Assembly: GCA_030264375.1 (NCBI GenBank)
Contig: JASCQW010000081.1
Coordinates: forward strand, 93,164,923 to 93,228,922
Direction: 5' to 3'
Length of the DNA: 64,000 nucleotides
Origin: Carcharhinus longimanus
Taxonomy: Eukaryota
The notes beneath the pieces are model-generated. The model had not been told where the DNA came from. It did not search any database and saw only the letters and a program-made list of their open reading frames with translations. Position 1 is the stretch's first letter. The number at the start of each line of letters is the position of its first letter. Made by a program: the position numbers and the translations under genes. Positions 38,410 through 50,222 of this stretch are shown one piece after another.

Positions 38410-39005
38410 GTGATTCATGGAATCATGGACCTGCCTCAGCACTGAAAAAAAAAGTTTTGTCCTGTTTGATGTATTCTGCAAAACTCACTACAACTTCTCA
38501 TCACAAAACCAAAATAATGTCGGAGTTTTGACCGGTGTGCAAGTAAAGTTCTACAGGATCTCGCCTGGACTCGATGGTGTTCTCGATCAGCGGAGGTTGA
38601 ATAAACTAGTTTTTTTTTCCACTGCAAAAACGGAGCCTTAGGGGAAACCTAATGAGAGGCATGCCAAGTGGGTAGTCAGATGTCATATCCGAGAGCGAAA
38701 GTGACAAAGGTGGCAGAGATTCAAGGTAAGAAGGGCAAAGTTTAAGGGAGGTGTAACGTGAAAGTTCTGCACGCAGAGAATGATGGGTGTCGGTAACGCG
38801 CTACCAGAGGAGGTGCTGGAAGCAGGCACACTAGCAACATTTAAGAGGCACCTGGATGACTAAATGAATAGGGATAGAATAGAGTGATATGGGCAGACTA
38901 AGGCCAAATAGTTGTTTTTTTACTTTAGTTAGGGCACCATCTTCGGCACAAGCTTGGAGGGCAGCAAGACCTCATGTGCTGCAGGTTTCTTCATTCTTCG
39001 TTCTT
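38410..39005 (+). mobile_element. CR1 3' fragment
   Basis: 'RLNKLVFFS', TQRMMGV..ALPEEVLEAGTLATFKRHLD; CR1 tail. Confidence 0.85.
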
Positions 39006-39049
39006 TGAATTATCATTGAATCAACAGCTGGCCTTTTCCAATACTCAAT

Positions 39050-39860
39050 GAATCATATCTTACAAACTATGTTACAGACTCCATTGTCACTGGCGTTTGC
39101 GGCTGGTGGAACGCGTTGGAGATGAAAATGTTCATTCCTGAGATCAATCTTGGGAATCATCAACAATGGCTCTGGTCGCCAGGACGTTTCATGGCTTGCG
39201 GCCAAGGATTGGCAGGCAAGCCTCTCTGCTGACAAACCAGTTTTCTTCTATATTAGCACGGATTGGGGAACAAAAGGCACTGCTCGTGTTCATGGCTCAG
39301 CAATAATATGTGTTTTCTCTGTGGAACTTTATTCACAAATAGTGGCTTGTTCGCATATTTGCTGAACACAAGACCAACAGAATGTAATTTGGAATTAAGT
39401 TGGGGCTGTCCGTTCGTTGGTGCTATTGCAGGCACGGAGGCAATCTTTGCAATTATTACATTTCAATAATCAAATCCGCAAGACAATGTAGACAATAGCT
39501 ATTAATTGCAAAATCGTCAACTCCGTAATCTTCAATTCCTTCATCAATGCTAATCTGGCCACTCGGATGGCTGAATTTGGAACGCTCGCACTTGTTAATC
39601 AGTACAATGCTCTCCTCCACAGAAATGAATGCAGCCCTTTTCCATTTGCAGTAATCTCTAGATAATAGCTTGGTTGCGACGATTAGCAGTAACTAAACTT
39701 TTCAGCACAAAATATCTGAACAATTACACTTTGCAACGAAATGGAGTCATACCTCCGTGGTTTTGCATGAAATTAGCATTTGCAAGGCTGGCTTTCCATC
39801 TGCCATTATCAGCTGAATGGAAATTTTCCATTAAGTTGGCTGGTACAGCAATATGAACAT
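39050..39860 (-). mobile_element. Decayed LINE endonuclease-region remnant
   Basis: Weak GDFNVHH.EW-like motif near 39560-39590. Confidence 0.35.
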
Positions 39861-39899
39861 TATGGCTATAATTGCAGATCAGGGCAGAAGGCCTGAAAA

Positions 39900-40236
39900 C
39901 CATGAGATATAGCAGAAGAATTACACCTTTCCGTCAATTAAGTCTGCTGTGCCATTCAATCGTGGTTGATATGATCCTCATCTCCATTCTCTCCGTAACC
40001 CTTGATCCGATTATTGCTCAAGAACAATTCTATCTCCGTCGAAAAGACGCTAAATTAGCTTGTCTCCACACAGCCATTTGTGACACTGAGTTCCACATAT
40101 TCACCGCCCTTTGGCTGAAGAATTTCCTCCTCATCTCAGTTTTGAAGGAGCGCCCCTTAATTGTGAGGCTGTGCCGCCGAGTTTTTGTCTCTCCCACTAG
40201 TGGAAACATCCTTTCCAAGTCCACTCTGTCTAGCCC
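39900..40236 (-). mobile_element. CR1 ORF2 C-terminus and 3' UTR
   Basis: ORF 40030-40224 DLERMFPLVGETKTRRHSLTIKGRSFKTEMRRKFFSQRAVNMWNS. Confidence 0.95.
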
Positions 40237-40336
40237 NNNNNNNNNNNNNNNNNNNNNNNNNNNNNNNNNNNNNNNNNNNNNNNNNNNNNNNNNNNNNNNN
40301 NNNNNNNNNNNNNNNNNNNNNNNNNNNNNNNNNNNN
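40237..40336. other. Assembly gap (100 N)
   Basis: N run. Confidence 0.99.
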
Positions 40337-40413
40337 ACCCGAGCCGGGAATCGAACCCAGGACCCTGGGGCTGTGAAGCAGCAGTGCTAACCCACTGTGC
40401 CACCGTGCCGCCC
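40337..40413 (-). mobile_element. SINE tRNA-like head
   Basis: ggggcggcacggtggcacagtgggttagcactgctgcttcacagc...gggttcgattccc (A and B boxes). Confidence 0.9.
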
Positions 40414-40879
40414 CACTTCTAATCAGTCTCTTGATCTCCTTTGTTAACCAGCACGACATTTCTTCCCTTCAGTCAACTCCTGGAAGTCAGTGGCATGTCC
40501 AATCAGATAGCTCAAGACATGGACACGGACCTCATTGTGTCTCAATCACATTAATTTTTTTGCCTGTGATTTATTTTGAAGGAAGAGCTTTAATGTGTAA
40601 TCCTTGATTTGTATGTTTTCATTGCATTTCTTTATGAGGAATTCATTGTGGTCTACACTGAGAAACAGTTTGGTTAATCCCTGCATTATCCTTCTGTTTA
40701 ATTGTATGTGGAAATTGCAACTAGCTGCAAGGCTGACAAACTAGCCCTGGGTGATTACTGAATAACTCCAATCTTTTCTCAGACCAACAGTGCCGACATG
40801 TTTTGGAGTCTTATAAGATCCTAAGGATGTGTAGGTTTGTTGGATTAGCCATGGTAAATGCGCAGGGTTATGGGGATAG

Positions 40880-41050
40880 TGTTGCACCTGCATGTGTGTG
40901 CCTGCACATGTGTGCCTGCATGTGTGTCTCCGTGTGTGTGCCTGCATGTGTGTCTCCGTGTGTGTGCATGCACACGGTCTGTGTGTGTGTGTGCCTGCAT
41001 ATGTGACCCTGCACGTGTGTGTTTGTGCATGTGTGTCTGCGTGTGTGTAT
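40880..41050. repeat. Compound (TG)n/TGCA microsatellite following a SINE fragment
   Basis: Visible repeat; explains the VC/HT-rich ORFs. Confidence 0.95.
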
Positions 41051-41650
41051 GTATCTAATGGGGTTCGCAATTTACCTATTTTTCTTTAAGCAGCCTCAAT
41101 AAGCTTATATTGTTCTTTGACTTCAACTCAAAAATCTGTCTGATTAATTCTTCATAATCAAAAGGTGCACATAGGGATTGCAGCAATACTGGTAAATCAC
41201 TAAATTCACACAGAAAAAGCATCATCAAGTTTACCTGCATTTCAGCCTCATTCTGTCCATAGCTGCCCCTGTCACACACTGACTCGAGTGCCTGAGGACC
41301 CCTCAAGGTAGCTGGATTCACCTGAAGATGAGCAGCAGTCCCTGTTTCTTGGTATTCTGACTTCATGCTGATTTTAAGTTCTGTCAGACTTGAATCTTCA
41401 ATAACAAACTGTGTTGACATTTAAAGTGGAGGAAGAAAGCCTGGGGAACTAAAGGTGCAGGTTAGGGTTAGATAATCGAAAGCTTCGTTGAAAGGTTGAG
41501 TTTCAGAAGACTTTTAATGTCCAAGAGGGGACTGACTGAGGTGGGTGAATTCTCAGCCGTAAGCGCTGGAACAATCAAATGTGCAGAAAGTTAAAGCCAC
41601 AAGATTAGGGAGCATGGGCTTGAAATATAACAAGTGTGTGTGTGGGGGGA

Positions 41651-41972
41651 GGTGCGGTACAGTGGCACAGTGGTTAGCACTGCTGCCTCACAGCGCCAGG
41701 GACTCGGGTTCGATTCCCTGCTTGGGTCACGGTCTGTGCAGAGTTTGCATGTTCTCCCCATGTCTGCATGGGTTTTCCTCCGGGTGCTCCGGTTTCCTAC
41801 CACGGTCCAAACATGTGCAGGTCAGGTGGATTGGCCATGCTAAATTGTCCCTAGTGTTTGGGGGGATTAGCAGAGTGGGGTTACAGGAATAGGGCCTCGG
41901 TGGGATGGTGGTTGGTACAGGCGCGATGGGCCAAATGGCCTCCTTCCATACAGTTGGGTTTCTATGGTTCTT
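41651..41972 (+). mobile_element. Full-length HE1/V-SINE-type SINE
   Basis: tRNA-like head with A/B boxes, central gagtttgcatgttctcccc...ccgggtgctccggtttcc core, CR1-derived tail. Confidence 0.92.
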
Positions 41973-41984
41973 TCAATCCATAAA

Positions 41985-42290
41985 AGGAGATGAATGGATA
42001 GGTAATCAAAGTGAGGTGCTGAGGCCGAGAGAGGAGGGAATTCTAGATCTTTAAGCTTAGCTGAAGGATCAGCTGCCAATGCTGGAAGAATGAAAGAGAT
42101 GTTCAGGAGGCCAGAGTTAGAGGAACGTAGATATTTTAGAGCTTACGGAGATAGGCCACAGAGAAGTTTGGAAACAGTGTCAGGTACCTCAGAGCCGGAA
42201 GGCAATGTCGATCAGGATGTTGGGTGATTGAGCTCAGTTAGGGTATGGACAGCAGATTTGGACAAACTCAAGTTAACGCAGGTGTGAAGC
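41985..42290 (-). mobile_element. L2-like LINE 3' remnant
   Basis: ggagggaattctaga...gctgaagg...ccaatg pattern typical of reverse-complement L2 3' ends. Confidence 0.45.
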
Positions 42291-42515
42291 TGGTCAAAAG
42301 CTGGAGGAGATTACGGGCAGTAAGGGCGTGGAATGCCCTGCCTGCAGCAGTTGTGGACTCGCCAACTTTAAGGGCGTTCAAATGGTCAGTGGATAGGCAT
42401 ATGGATAATATTGGAATAATTTAGGCTAGAGGGTCATTAGATTGGTTCCACTGGCCGGCGCAACATCGAGGGCCGAAGGGCCTGTGCTGCGCTGTACTGT
42501 TCTATGTTCTATGTA
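42290..42515 (+). mobile_element. CR1 3' end
   Basis: WNALPAAVVDSPTLRAFKW; tail ctgttctatgttctatg. Confidence 0.9.
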
Positions 42516-42519
42516 TGTT

Positions 42520-45500
42520 GCCGGTAAGAAGGAAAACTATTGTGACATATTCCGGATGGCTACATCTGCAGGAAATACATCCAATGGCAGTTCTTCACAG
42601 ACAATGTGGTTTGGATGGAGCAACATTTGGATGCACTTAGGAGCACGCAGTTGGCGGAGAGCATCATAGATATTACAGTGATATGGTCACTCCCAAACTG
42701 CAGGCAGATAGATGGGTCGCCGACCGAAAGACCAGACAGTAATTGCAAGAATCCCCCGTGGCTTTCCCTTTCTCTAACAGGTATACTACTTTGGATATTG
42801 TTGGGAGATGGCTTATCAGGGGAAAGCAGCAGCAGCCAGTAAACTGGCACCACTGCTGGCCCCGTTGTTTTGCAGAGTGGGTCAAAGGTTAGAATAGCAA
42901 TATTCATCAGGGACTCCGCAGTCAAGGGCACAGTTCAGCACTTCTGTGGTCGTGAAAGAGATTGTAGAATGTTGTATTGCATCGTTGGTGCCAGTGTCCG
43001 GGATGCCAATGAACGGCGGCAGGACATCCTGAAGGGAGCGTGTGATAAAGCAAAGGTCACGATACATGTTGTTACCAATGACATAGGTAGAAAGAGGGAG
43101 GAAGTCTTTTACCAAAAATTCAAGGAGTTAGGCCAAACAATAAAGAGCAAGACCTCTCACGTTGCAGTCTCAGGATTACTCTCAGTGTCACGAGCTAGTG
43201 AGTACAGGATTGGCAGAATAACACAGACACAGGTGTGACTTAAGATTTGGTGCAGGAGGGAGAGTATTAGATTCCTGGACCACTGGGACAGGTTTTGAGG
43301 TAGTTGGGACTTGTAGAAGCGGGATGGTCTACATCTGAACGAGAGTGAGGCGAACATTCATGTTGGTGAGTTCGCTAGTGTTGCTGGGAAGAGTTTTAAA
43401 TAGTTCAGTAGGTGGGGAGGAACCAAAATATTCGTAGAACATAATATAACGATATAGTATAATAAAATAACATAACACAATATAACAGGATCATAATCAT
43501 ATCAAAAGGAATACAGTGGTAGTGCATTTCAAGGGAGTAAGGGCATCTAAATTAATGCCAGTAATATTTGATATAAAATGGATTATTTAAGGCCGGGAAA
43601 TGACACGTGTATTTATAATATAATGACCATCACAGAGACGTGATTGAGTGGCAGGAGGATTGGCAGCTCAATGTCCCGAGATGTAGAATCTTTAGGGGAG
43701 ACAGAGGAAGGGTAAAAGAGGAAGATACATTGTATTATTAGTCAAGGAGGCAGTTACTGTTGTAAGGAATTATGATATTTTGGAGGGAACATCAAATAAA
43801 GCTTTGTGGGTAGATGTAAGGAATAAAACAAAACGAAGCTACGTTGCTGATTGTTTATTCTAGTTCCAAGATAGTCAGCGGGAAAATGAAGAACAAGTAT
43901 CTGCACAATTCGCAGAGGGATATAAAACTAATTGGACGGTAATTATATTAAGTAGCGACCGCAGCATTGTTCAATTCAAATTTGTGATGGGCAATGAAAT
44001 TGACAAGTTGCAGAAAAAAAAACGTTTTGGATTGGGAAGAATAGATTGTAACAAAATTGTGCAGCGTCTCGCCAAGGCAAACTGGAACGTATTACTTGCA
44101 GTGATGTATTCAAAGAAGAACTGGGGAGGAGGCAGGCGTAGAGTTGTCCCCCTAGGGTAACAGGAATTTGTAGCAAACACAGAGAACCTTGGATGACCAG
44201 AGACACTCGGGATACAATGAGGTATGGAGGTCAGTCAGCAGTGGAGTGACCCAGGGATCTGTTGTGGGACCCTTGCTGTTTGTAATTTTCATAAATGACC
44301 TGGATGAGGAAGTGGAGGGATGGATTGGCAAGTTTGCTGACGACACAAAGGCTGGTGCTGTTGTAGGTAGTTTGGAGTGATGTCAGTGGTTGCAGCGTGA
44401 CATAGATAGGATGCAACGCTGGACGGAAATGTGGCAGATGGACGTCAACCCGGATAAATGTGTAGTGATCCATTTTGGCAGGTCAAATGGGATGAAGGAG
44501 TATAATATCAAGGGTAAGAATCTTAGCAGTGTAGAGGATCAGAAAGAACTTGGGGTCCGGGTACATAGGGCTCTTAAATCGGCCTCGCAGGTCGAGGATG
44601 AGGTAGACGAAGGCGTATGGTGTACTGGCCTTCATCAATCGAGGGATCGAGTTTAGGAGTCGGGAGTAATGGTGCAGCTTTGTAAGACCCTCGTCAAATA
44701 TCTCTTGGAATGCTGTGCTCAGTTCTGGTCGCCTCATTACAGGAAGGATGTGGAAGCTATTGAAAGGGTGCAGAGGAGATTTACAAGGATGTTGGCGGTA
44801 TTCGGTGGCATGTGTTATGAGGATAAGTTGAGTGATCTCGGTCTTTACTGCTTAGAAAGACGAAGAATGAGAGGTGACTTGATAGAAGTGTATAAGATAT
44901 TGAGAGGTATAGATCGAATGGATTCTCAGAGGCTTTTTTTTCCAAGGGCTGGAATGGTTGCTACGAGCGGACACAGGTTTAACGTGCTGGGGAGTAGCTA
45001 CAGAAGAGATGTCAGGGTAGGTTTTTCACTTAGAGGGTGGTGGGTGAGTTGAATCGGCTGCTGGCAGTAAAGGTGGAGGCAAATTCGTTAGGGACTTTTA
45101 AGAGGCTTCTGGAGATTACATGGAACTTAATAGAACTGAGGGTTATAGGTAAGCCTAGTAGGTATGGCTATCATCTGCGTAATTTGTGGGCCGAAGGGCC
45201 TGTTTGTGCTGTAGTTTTTTCAATGTTCTATGTTCCAATGAGTAGGAAAAGAGAAGCGTTCAACAATTATAAGGGGATAAGACTGCGAAGAAATTAGTGG
45301 AGTACAGAAAATGCAGGATGGAGCTTAAGAAATCATTGAAGAATGCAAACAAGGGATATTAGAAATTTCAGGCTGGTATAAGTCGAGAAAATACACAGGT
45401 ATTGTATAAGTGCATCAGTAGGAACAGGATAGCCGGGGAAAGAGTCGGCTCATTAGGGGTCAAGGGGCAGTTTGTGGGTGGAGGCAGAGGACATTGGTCC

Positions 45501-47190
45501 AGTGCTATATGAATGTTAAATATCTGTCTTCACCGATGAAAATGAGGAGATACTCGGCGAGAGAGACTGTGGGGCTGTCGAAAATATATGTCATATGAAA
45601 TGACAAGGTGCCGGAGGTGTCTACAGATTTAAAAGTGGACACATTTGGAGTTTTAGATGAATTATGGCGCAGGTTGTTGTGGGATGCAAGGGAGGAAATT
45701 GCAAGAGTGTTAGTGCAATTTTATAATTCCTCTTTGGTCATTGGGGAGGCACCAGAGTATTGGAAAACAACTAACATGTTCCCTCTATTTGATAAAGCTT
45801 GTAGAGGCAAGTCGGGGAACGACAGACCAGTGAATCTCACATCTATGGTGGGGAAACTACTGGAAACGCTTCTGAAGAAGAAAAACTCTCTCCATTTCGA
45901 GAGGCAATATTTGACCAGGGATAGTCATCATGATTTTGTCAGAGGAAGGTCATGCCGAACAAATTTGTTTTTTTTAACGCGCAACTAAATGTGTGGATGA
46001 GGTTACTGCGGTTCATGTAGTTTACATGGATTTCAGCGAAGCCTTTGACAAAGTCCCACATGGCAGACTTATAAAGAAGGCTAATGCACATGGGATACAG
46101 GGTGATATGACAAGGTGGATACATAATTGGCTTAGTGGTTGGTGTCAGAGTGTCGTGACAGACGGCTTCTTTAGTGCCTGTATGCCAGTGACCAGTGATG
46201 TACCAGACGACTGTGCTCTGTCATCTATTTCTTGTCATTTTTTTATAAACGACACAGATGAGTATGCGGAGGGGGATCAGAAATGACACAATGTTGAGCC
46301 GGATGGTTAACGGTGAGGTTGAGTGTCTTGGGCGAAAGAAAGATAGAGACGAGCTGTTCAGATGGATGGACAAGTGGCGGATGCTCACCCTGAAAAGTGT
46401 GCGGTGAGGCTATTTGGAAGGAGTAATTCAATAAGATAGTATTATATGAAAGGTCTGACACTGGGATGTTCTGAAGAAGAAACGGACCGTGACATATTTG
46501 TCCCTAGATCTCTGAAGAGGGAAAAATAGTTAAAGAGTGTGGTGAAAAAGACACACTTTCCTTCATCAACTGGGGGATAGATTACAAAAACAGATAGGTA
46601 ATGTTGGAGTTGTATGCAACTTTTCCGAAGCCACAACTGGAGTACTGTGTGCAGTTCTGGTCGCCATATTATAGGAACGACGTGAACACACTTGGAGAGA
46701 AGGAGAGAAGATTGATCAGGATTCTATCTGCGGTGGGACATTTAAGTTTTGAAGAGAGGTTAATTCGGCTTGGGTTGTTCTCGTTGGAGCAAAAAATATG
46801 GTGAGACGAATTGATTAAGGTCTTCAAGGTTATGAGGGGCATGGACAGGGTGGCTAGGGAACAACTGATCCCCTTCGTTTAAGGGTGAGTTAAGATGGGG
46901 CACAAGTTAAAAGTGAGGGACGGGAGGTTCCGGGGGGATATGAGGAAAGACCTTTTACTCAGTGGACGATGAAGGTCTAGAAAACATTGCCTGGGAGGGA
47001 GGTGGAAGCGGGATTCCTCAGATCCTATAATAAAAAGACCTGGATGAGTCCTTGTCACGCCATAACATTCAACGCTACCGGCCAAATGGTGATGAGTGGG
47101 ATTATGTGTGTCGGTCAGCGGATTTCACGTATCGGCGTGGGGCCAAAAAGCCTCTTCTGTACTGTAGTAATCTGCGATTCTGTGATTAGT
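42520..47190 (+). mobile_element. Near-full-length decayed CR1 LINE (ORF1 SGNH esterase plus ORF2), interrupted by a nested CR1
   Basis: ORF1 RDS..KG, HVVTNDIG, DGLHLN; ORF2 RPVNLTSMVGKLLE, VVYMDFSEAFDKVPH, LEYCVQFWSP. Confidence 0.95.
44222..45235 (+). mobile_element. Younger 5'-truncated CR1 nested in the older CR1
   Basis: SGVTQGSVVGP, KFADDTK, own 3' tail; flanked by caatgag at 44215-44221 and 45236-45242. Confidence 0.9.
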
Positions 47191-47881
47191 TTCCATCATG
47201 CGGTGCAGACAACGGGAAGTGGTGCGTTGTGAGTTAAGGGCATTGATTGTTGCAGAAATGAAGTCCTGTGCTCCAAATCCAGACAAGCCCACTGCCAAAG
47301 TGCAGGTTAACTCCCCTGGTGCTTTTTTTTTCAAAACTACTCAGATTGTATTTTTCGACCGTCCTTTGATTGTCGGATCAGTATATATTACTCAATAGCC
47401 ACGCTATCGAAACTGAACACGTACAAGGATGGTTTAATGATCTGTTGCTGGGCAAACTAGGTTATAATATTTCCTCTGCCCAACATGTAAAGTTAAGCAA
47501 ATCACGTGATCTGATGGACAACGGTCAACTGATCTAATAATGTCCACTTAATTGACCACTAAAAGATAAATTGGACCACCAGTGTAAATTTGTGTGAAGG
47601 TTAATGAACGCTGAACACTCCATGTTGCTATTCTGGGGAATGGCTCCACTCAGCTATACTGAGTTTTATTTTCCATGAAAGAAGGGTTCCTTTGAAAATA
47701 AAGGAAGCATTTCTGAAAACTTCCACCTCTTCCCTTCTTGAGTTATCTTATCTTCAGCGTGTTATATATTGACATAGAGGCATGCTGTTCTGCTTTCAAG
47801 ATAAATCGCTGCCATTAAAAGGTCGATAAAACAGACCGCAAAACGTTCCTTCTTGTACAGGGAGAAATAAAATATTCTTAC

Positions 47882-47908
47882 CCGAAGTAGCTGCAAGTCT
47901 CTTCGCAT
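47882..47908 (-). CDS. Candidate 27-nt phase-1 micro-exon, (D)AKRLAATS
   Basis: ttattgtgtttactttcag|atgcgaagagacttgcagctacttcgg|gtaaga. Confidence 0.7.
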
Positions 47909-50204
47909 CTGAAAGTAAACACAATAATCCGAATTTAACTTCAGTGGAGGTGGTGCATATTTGAAATATTACAAAACGCACTATCGGAAGTTTACCGTAA
48001 ATTCTTATGGAACTCATCGAATAAATAACGTGGAAACTAAACGAGTCACTGTTTTTTTTAGGGAATGTAACAGAACTGAAATACCCAGCTGTGGAGGCAC
48101 ACGGCTAGTTAATGAGCAGGTGCGTTACTTGCCCAGACTTGATCGGCTTGATGAGGTGGAATGTCAATGTTTCGGGCTCCCAGAATGAGGAGCCAAAATG
48201 GGGATCAACAATACAAGGTTCCCTGTTGAAGCTTCTGGTGCCTGAACAGCTACGAGGGTTTTTATCCTGATTGAATCAAGGAGCAGTGATTGCTTCAGCA
48301 TTATTAGAATTTGATCCAGAAATATAACCTTGTTCTGTCTTTTGTTTTTGGAGATGATGTGTTCAAGATAATAGTAAAATTTGTTACTTCTGCTGGGTGT
48401 TTCAAGCAATGGGCAGATTACATTTGAAATGATAAATTATTCAATTATTTATTTTGTCCCATTCGAAGAACTTTCACATCTCCGTAAAAAGTTGCAAAAC
48501 ATTATTAATCTCTTGTTCGAATCCCCCAAAGCACCAAAGAATATCTTTGTGGTTGTTGGATGTGAATTATATCAAACTGAGACATGCAAGTTGGGTTTCT
48601 TCAGTTTCTGGAATGGATAAACACATTTTTAGGTGCTTCATTAATTACTTCTATTTTCCATGGTTATGTCAAACGGATCATTTGAATTTGCTGAAAACCG
48701 ATGCTAATACTTAGGGAGCGAGGTTATTTGCGTCCTTTTGCAGCCGTCTCTGAAGAATATTTAGGGTTGAAAACTGAAGAACACATGAGGTGCAAGCAAT
48801 GACCATCCAAAACATTCAGGAATATAACCGTCTCCATTGGATACCTCAATATATCCCCAACGACAAATCATCTACTATCACTATTGTGTGAGTTCTAATT
48901 ACTAAAATGTTAACACGAATGAAAATCTGAAACTATGTATTCCGCGAAGAGACACCGACCTTCTGACCCAGCAACGCCTACCATCTACCTACTTTGTCCA
49001 TCTCAAGAGTATGCGTGAGGGACACTGTTAATCTTCCCTGCATGGGCTCTGCTCCAGAAGCATTCAAGACATTGAAGATCATCCCCAAAAGGAAAGAAAA
49101 CAACTTCTGTCACATACGCAGCCGCCTTTACCATTCTCTCCTTCCACCAGCAGTTTCAAGACGTTGTACAATGTTGACCCCAGCACCTTAGCAAGGCTCA
49201 GTTGATAGCGCCTTCAAAACACGTGACCAGTAACATAAAGATGGACAAAGACAGCAGATGCTGGTTTAAGCCTTTGCCACAATTTACCCTTTGAAATTAA
49301 TATTTTAACACACGAACTTTAAGGATAATCAAAAATAAATAGAGGTTGTGTGAGAGAGAGAGAGATGGAGAGAGCAAGCGATCAAGAGATAGATGGGCAT
49401 GACATGGGTTGAACAGATCCCACGTCACGTCAGAACCCCCCCCCCACCTCCTCAAGTACCCCCCCCCAAAAAAAATGCACACGCAGAACACAAACAACCC
49501 CACTATACATCTCACCAAACTCAGTCGTTGTTTTCACAGCCTCCATCGAGAAAATAAAAATAACGATTCTGAGAAACAGCCACGAAAATTACACCGGTAA
49601 AGCCTTTTCAACAATAATATCTGAGGTGTATTTATTAACGCGAACATCAGAAAAGTAAACATTACTGCAGCATGCACATCGCACAACTGCCGACCTCCGC
49701 AGATTGTGCACAGATTTCTGCTGACTACAAGAGAGAAGGAGAGGTGGGGGAGTGTTTTGAGGACAGGGAGAGGTATGGAATTCATGGTTTGAAAAGGTCC
49801 CTCTGTACACCGAATAATCGAAAAGCCAGCAGATTGCTGCTTTCGTGCTATATTGTTGCATTGAATAACAGGAACTTAAGACCTTACCGCGAAGCCAACC
49901 TAAACAGTCTTAACGGATGAATACGTTTTTTTTTAAATGCTGAAAATAAACTGCTCAGGTTGAAAAGATAAAATACTAGGTTTCATTTTTAAACCGTAAG
50001 CAGTCTTATAAATTACTTTCCGCGTTTGCTGCGGACTGGGATACAGTTTCTGAGTTTCCTATAAATCTTTTCACTTTAGCTAGTCTTGCGTTTTTTTTCA
50101 TGTTTGGCTCTGCATTTGTAACATTTGAAAAAAACAACAAACGGTGGCATTTGGAAAGTGACGATCGGAGCGCATGCCACCATAAGCCCCTTGCAGAATC
50201 ATAC

Positions 50205-50222
50205 CTTCAGTATCAAATAATG
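50205..50222 (-). CDS. Candidate 18-nt phase-1 micro-exon, xLFDTE
   Basis: ttctaacttcttgtcag|cattatttgatactgaag|gtatga; ctaac branch-point motif. Confidence 0.6.

Noticed and set aside
40741-41089. Cys/Val- and His/Thr-rich ORFs
   Set aside because: Translations of a TG microsatellite
41651-41725. tRNA-like sequence
   Set aside because: Head of a SINE, not a tRNA gene
1035-48690. Open but weak or mutually incompatible micro-exon candidates (1035-1061, 14327-14344, 16586-16612, 21902-21928, 23020-23043, 36746-36763 vs 36781-36807, 47660-47689, 48649-48690)
   Set aside because: Weak splice sites or implausibly short introns, and no paralog support; not called without RNA data
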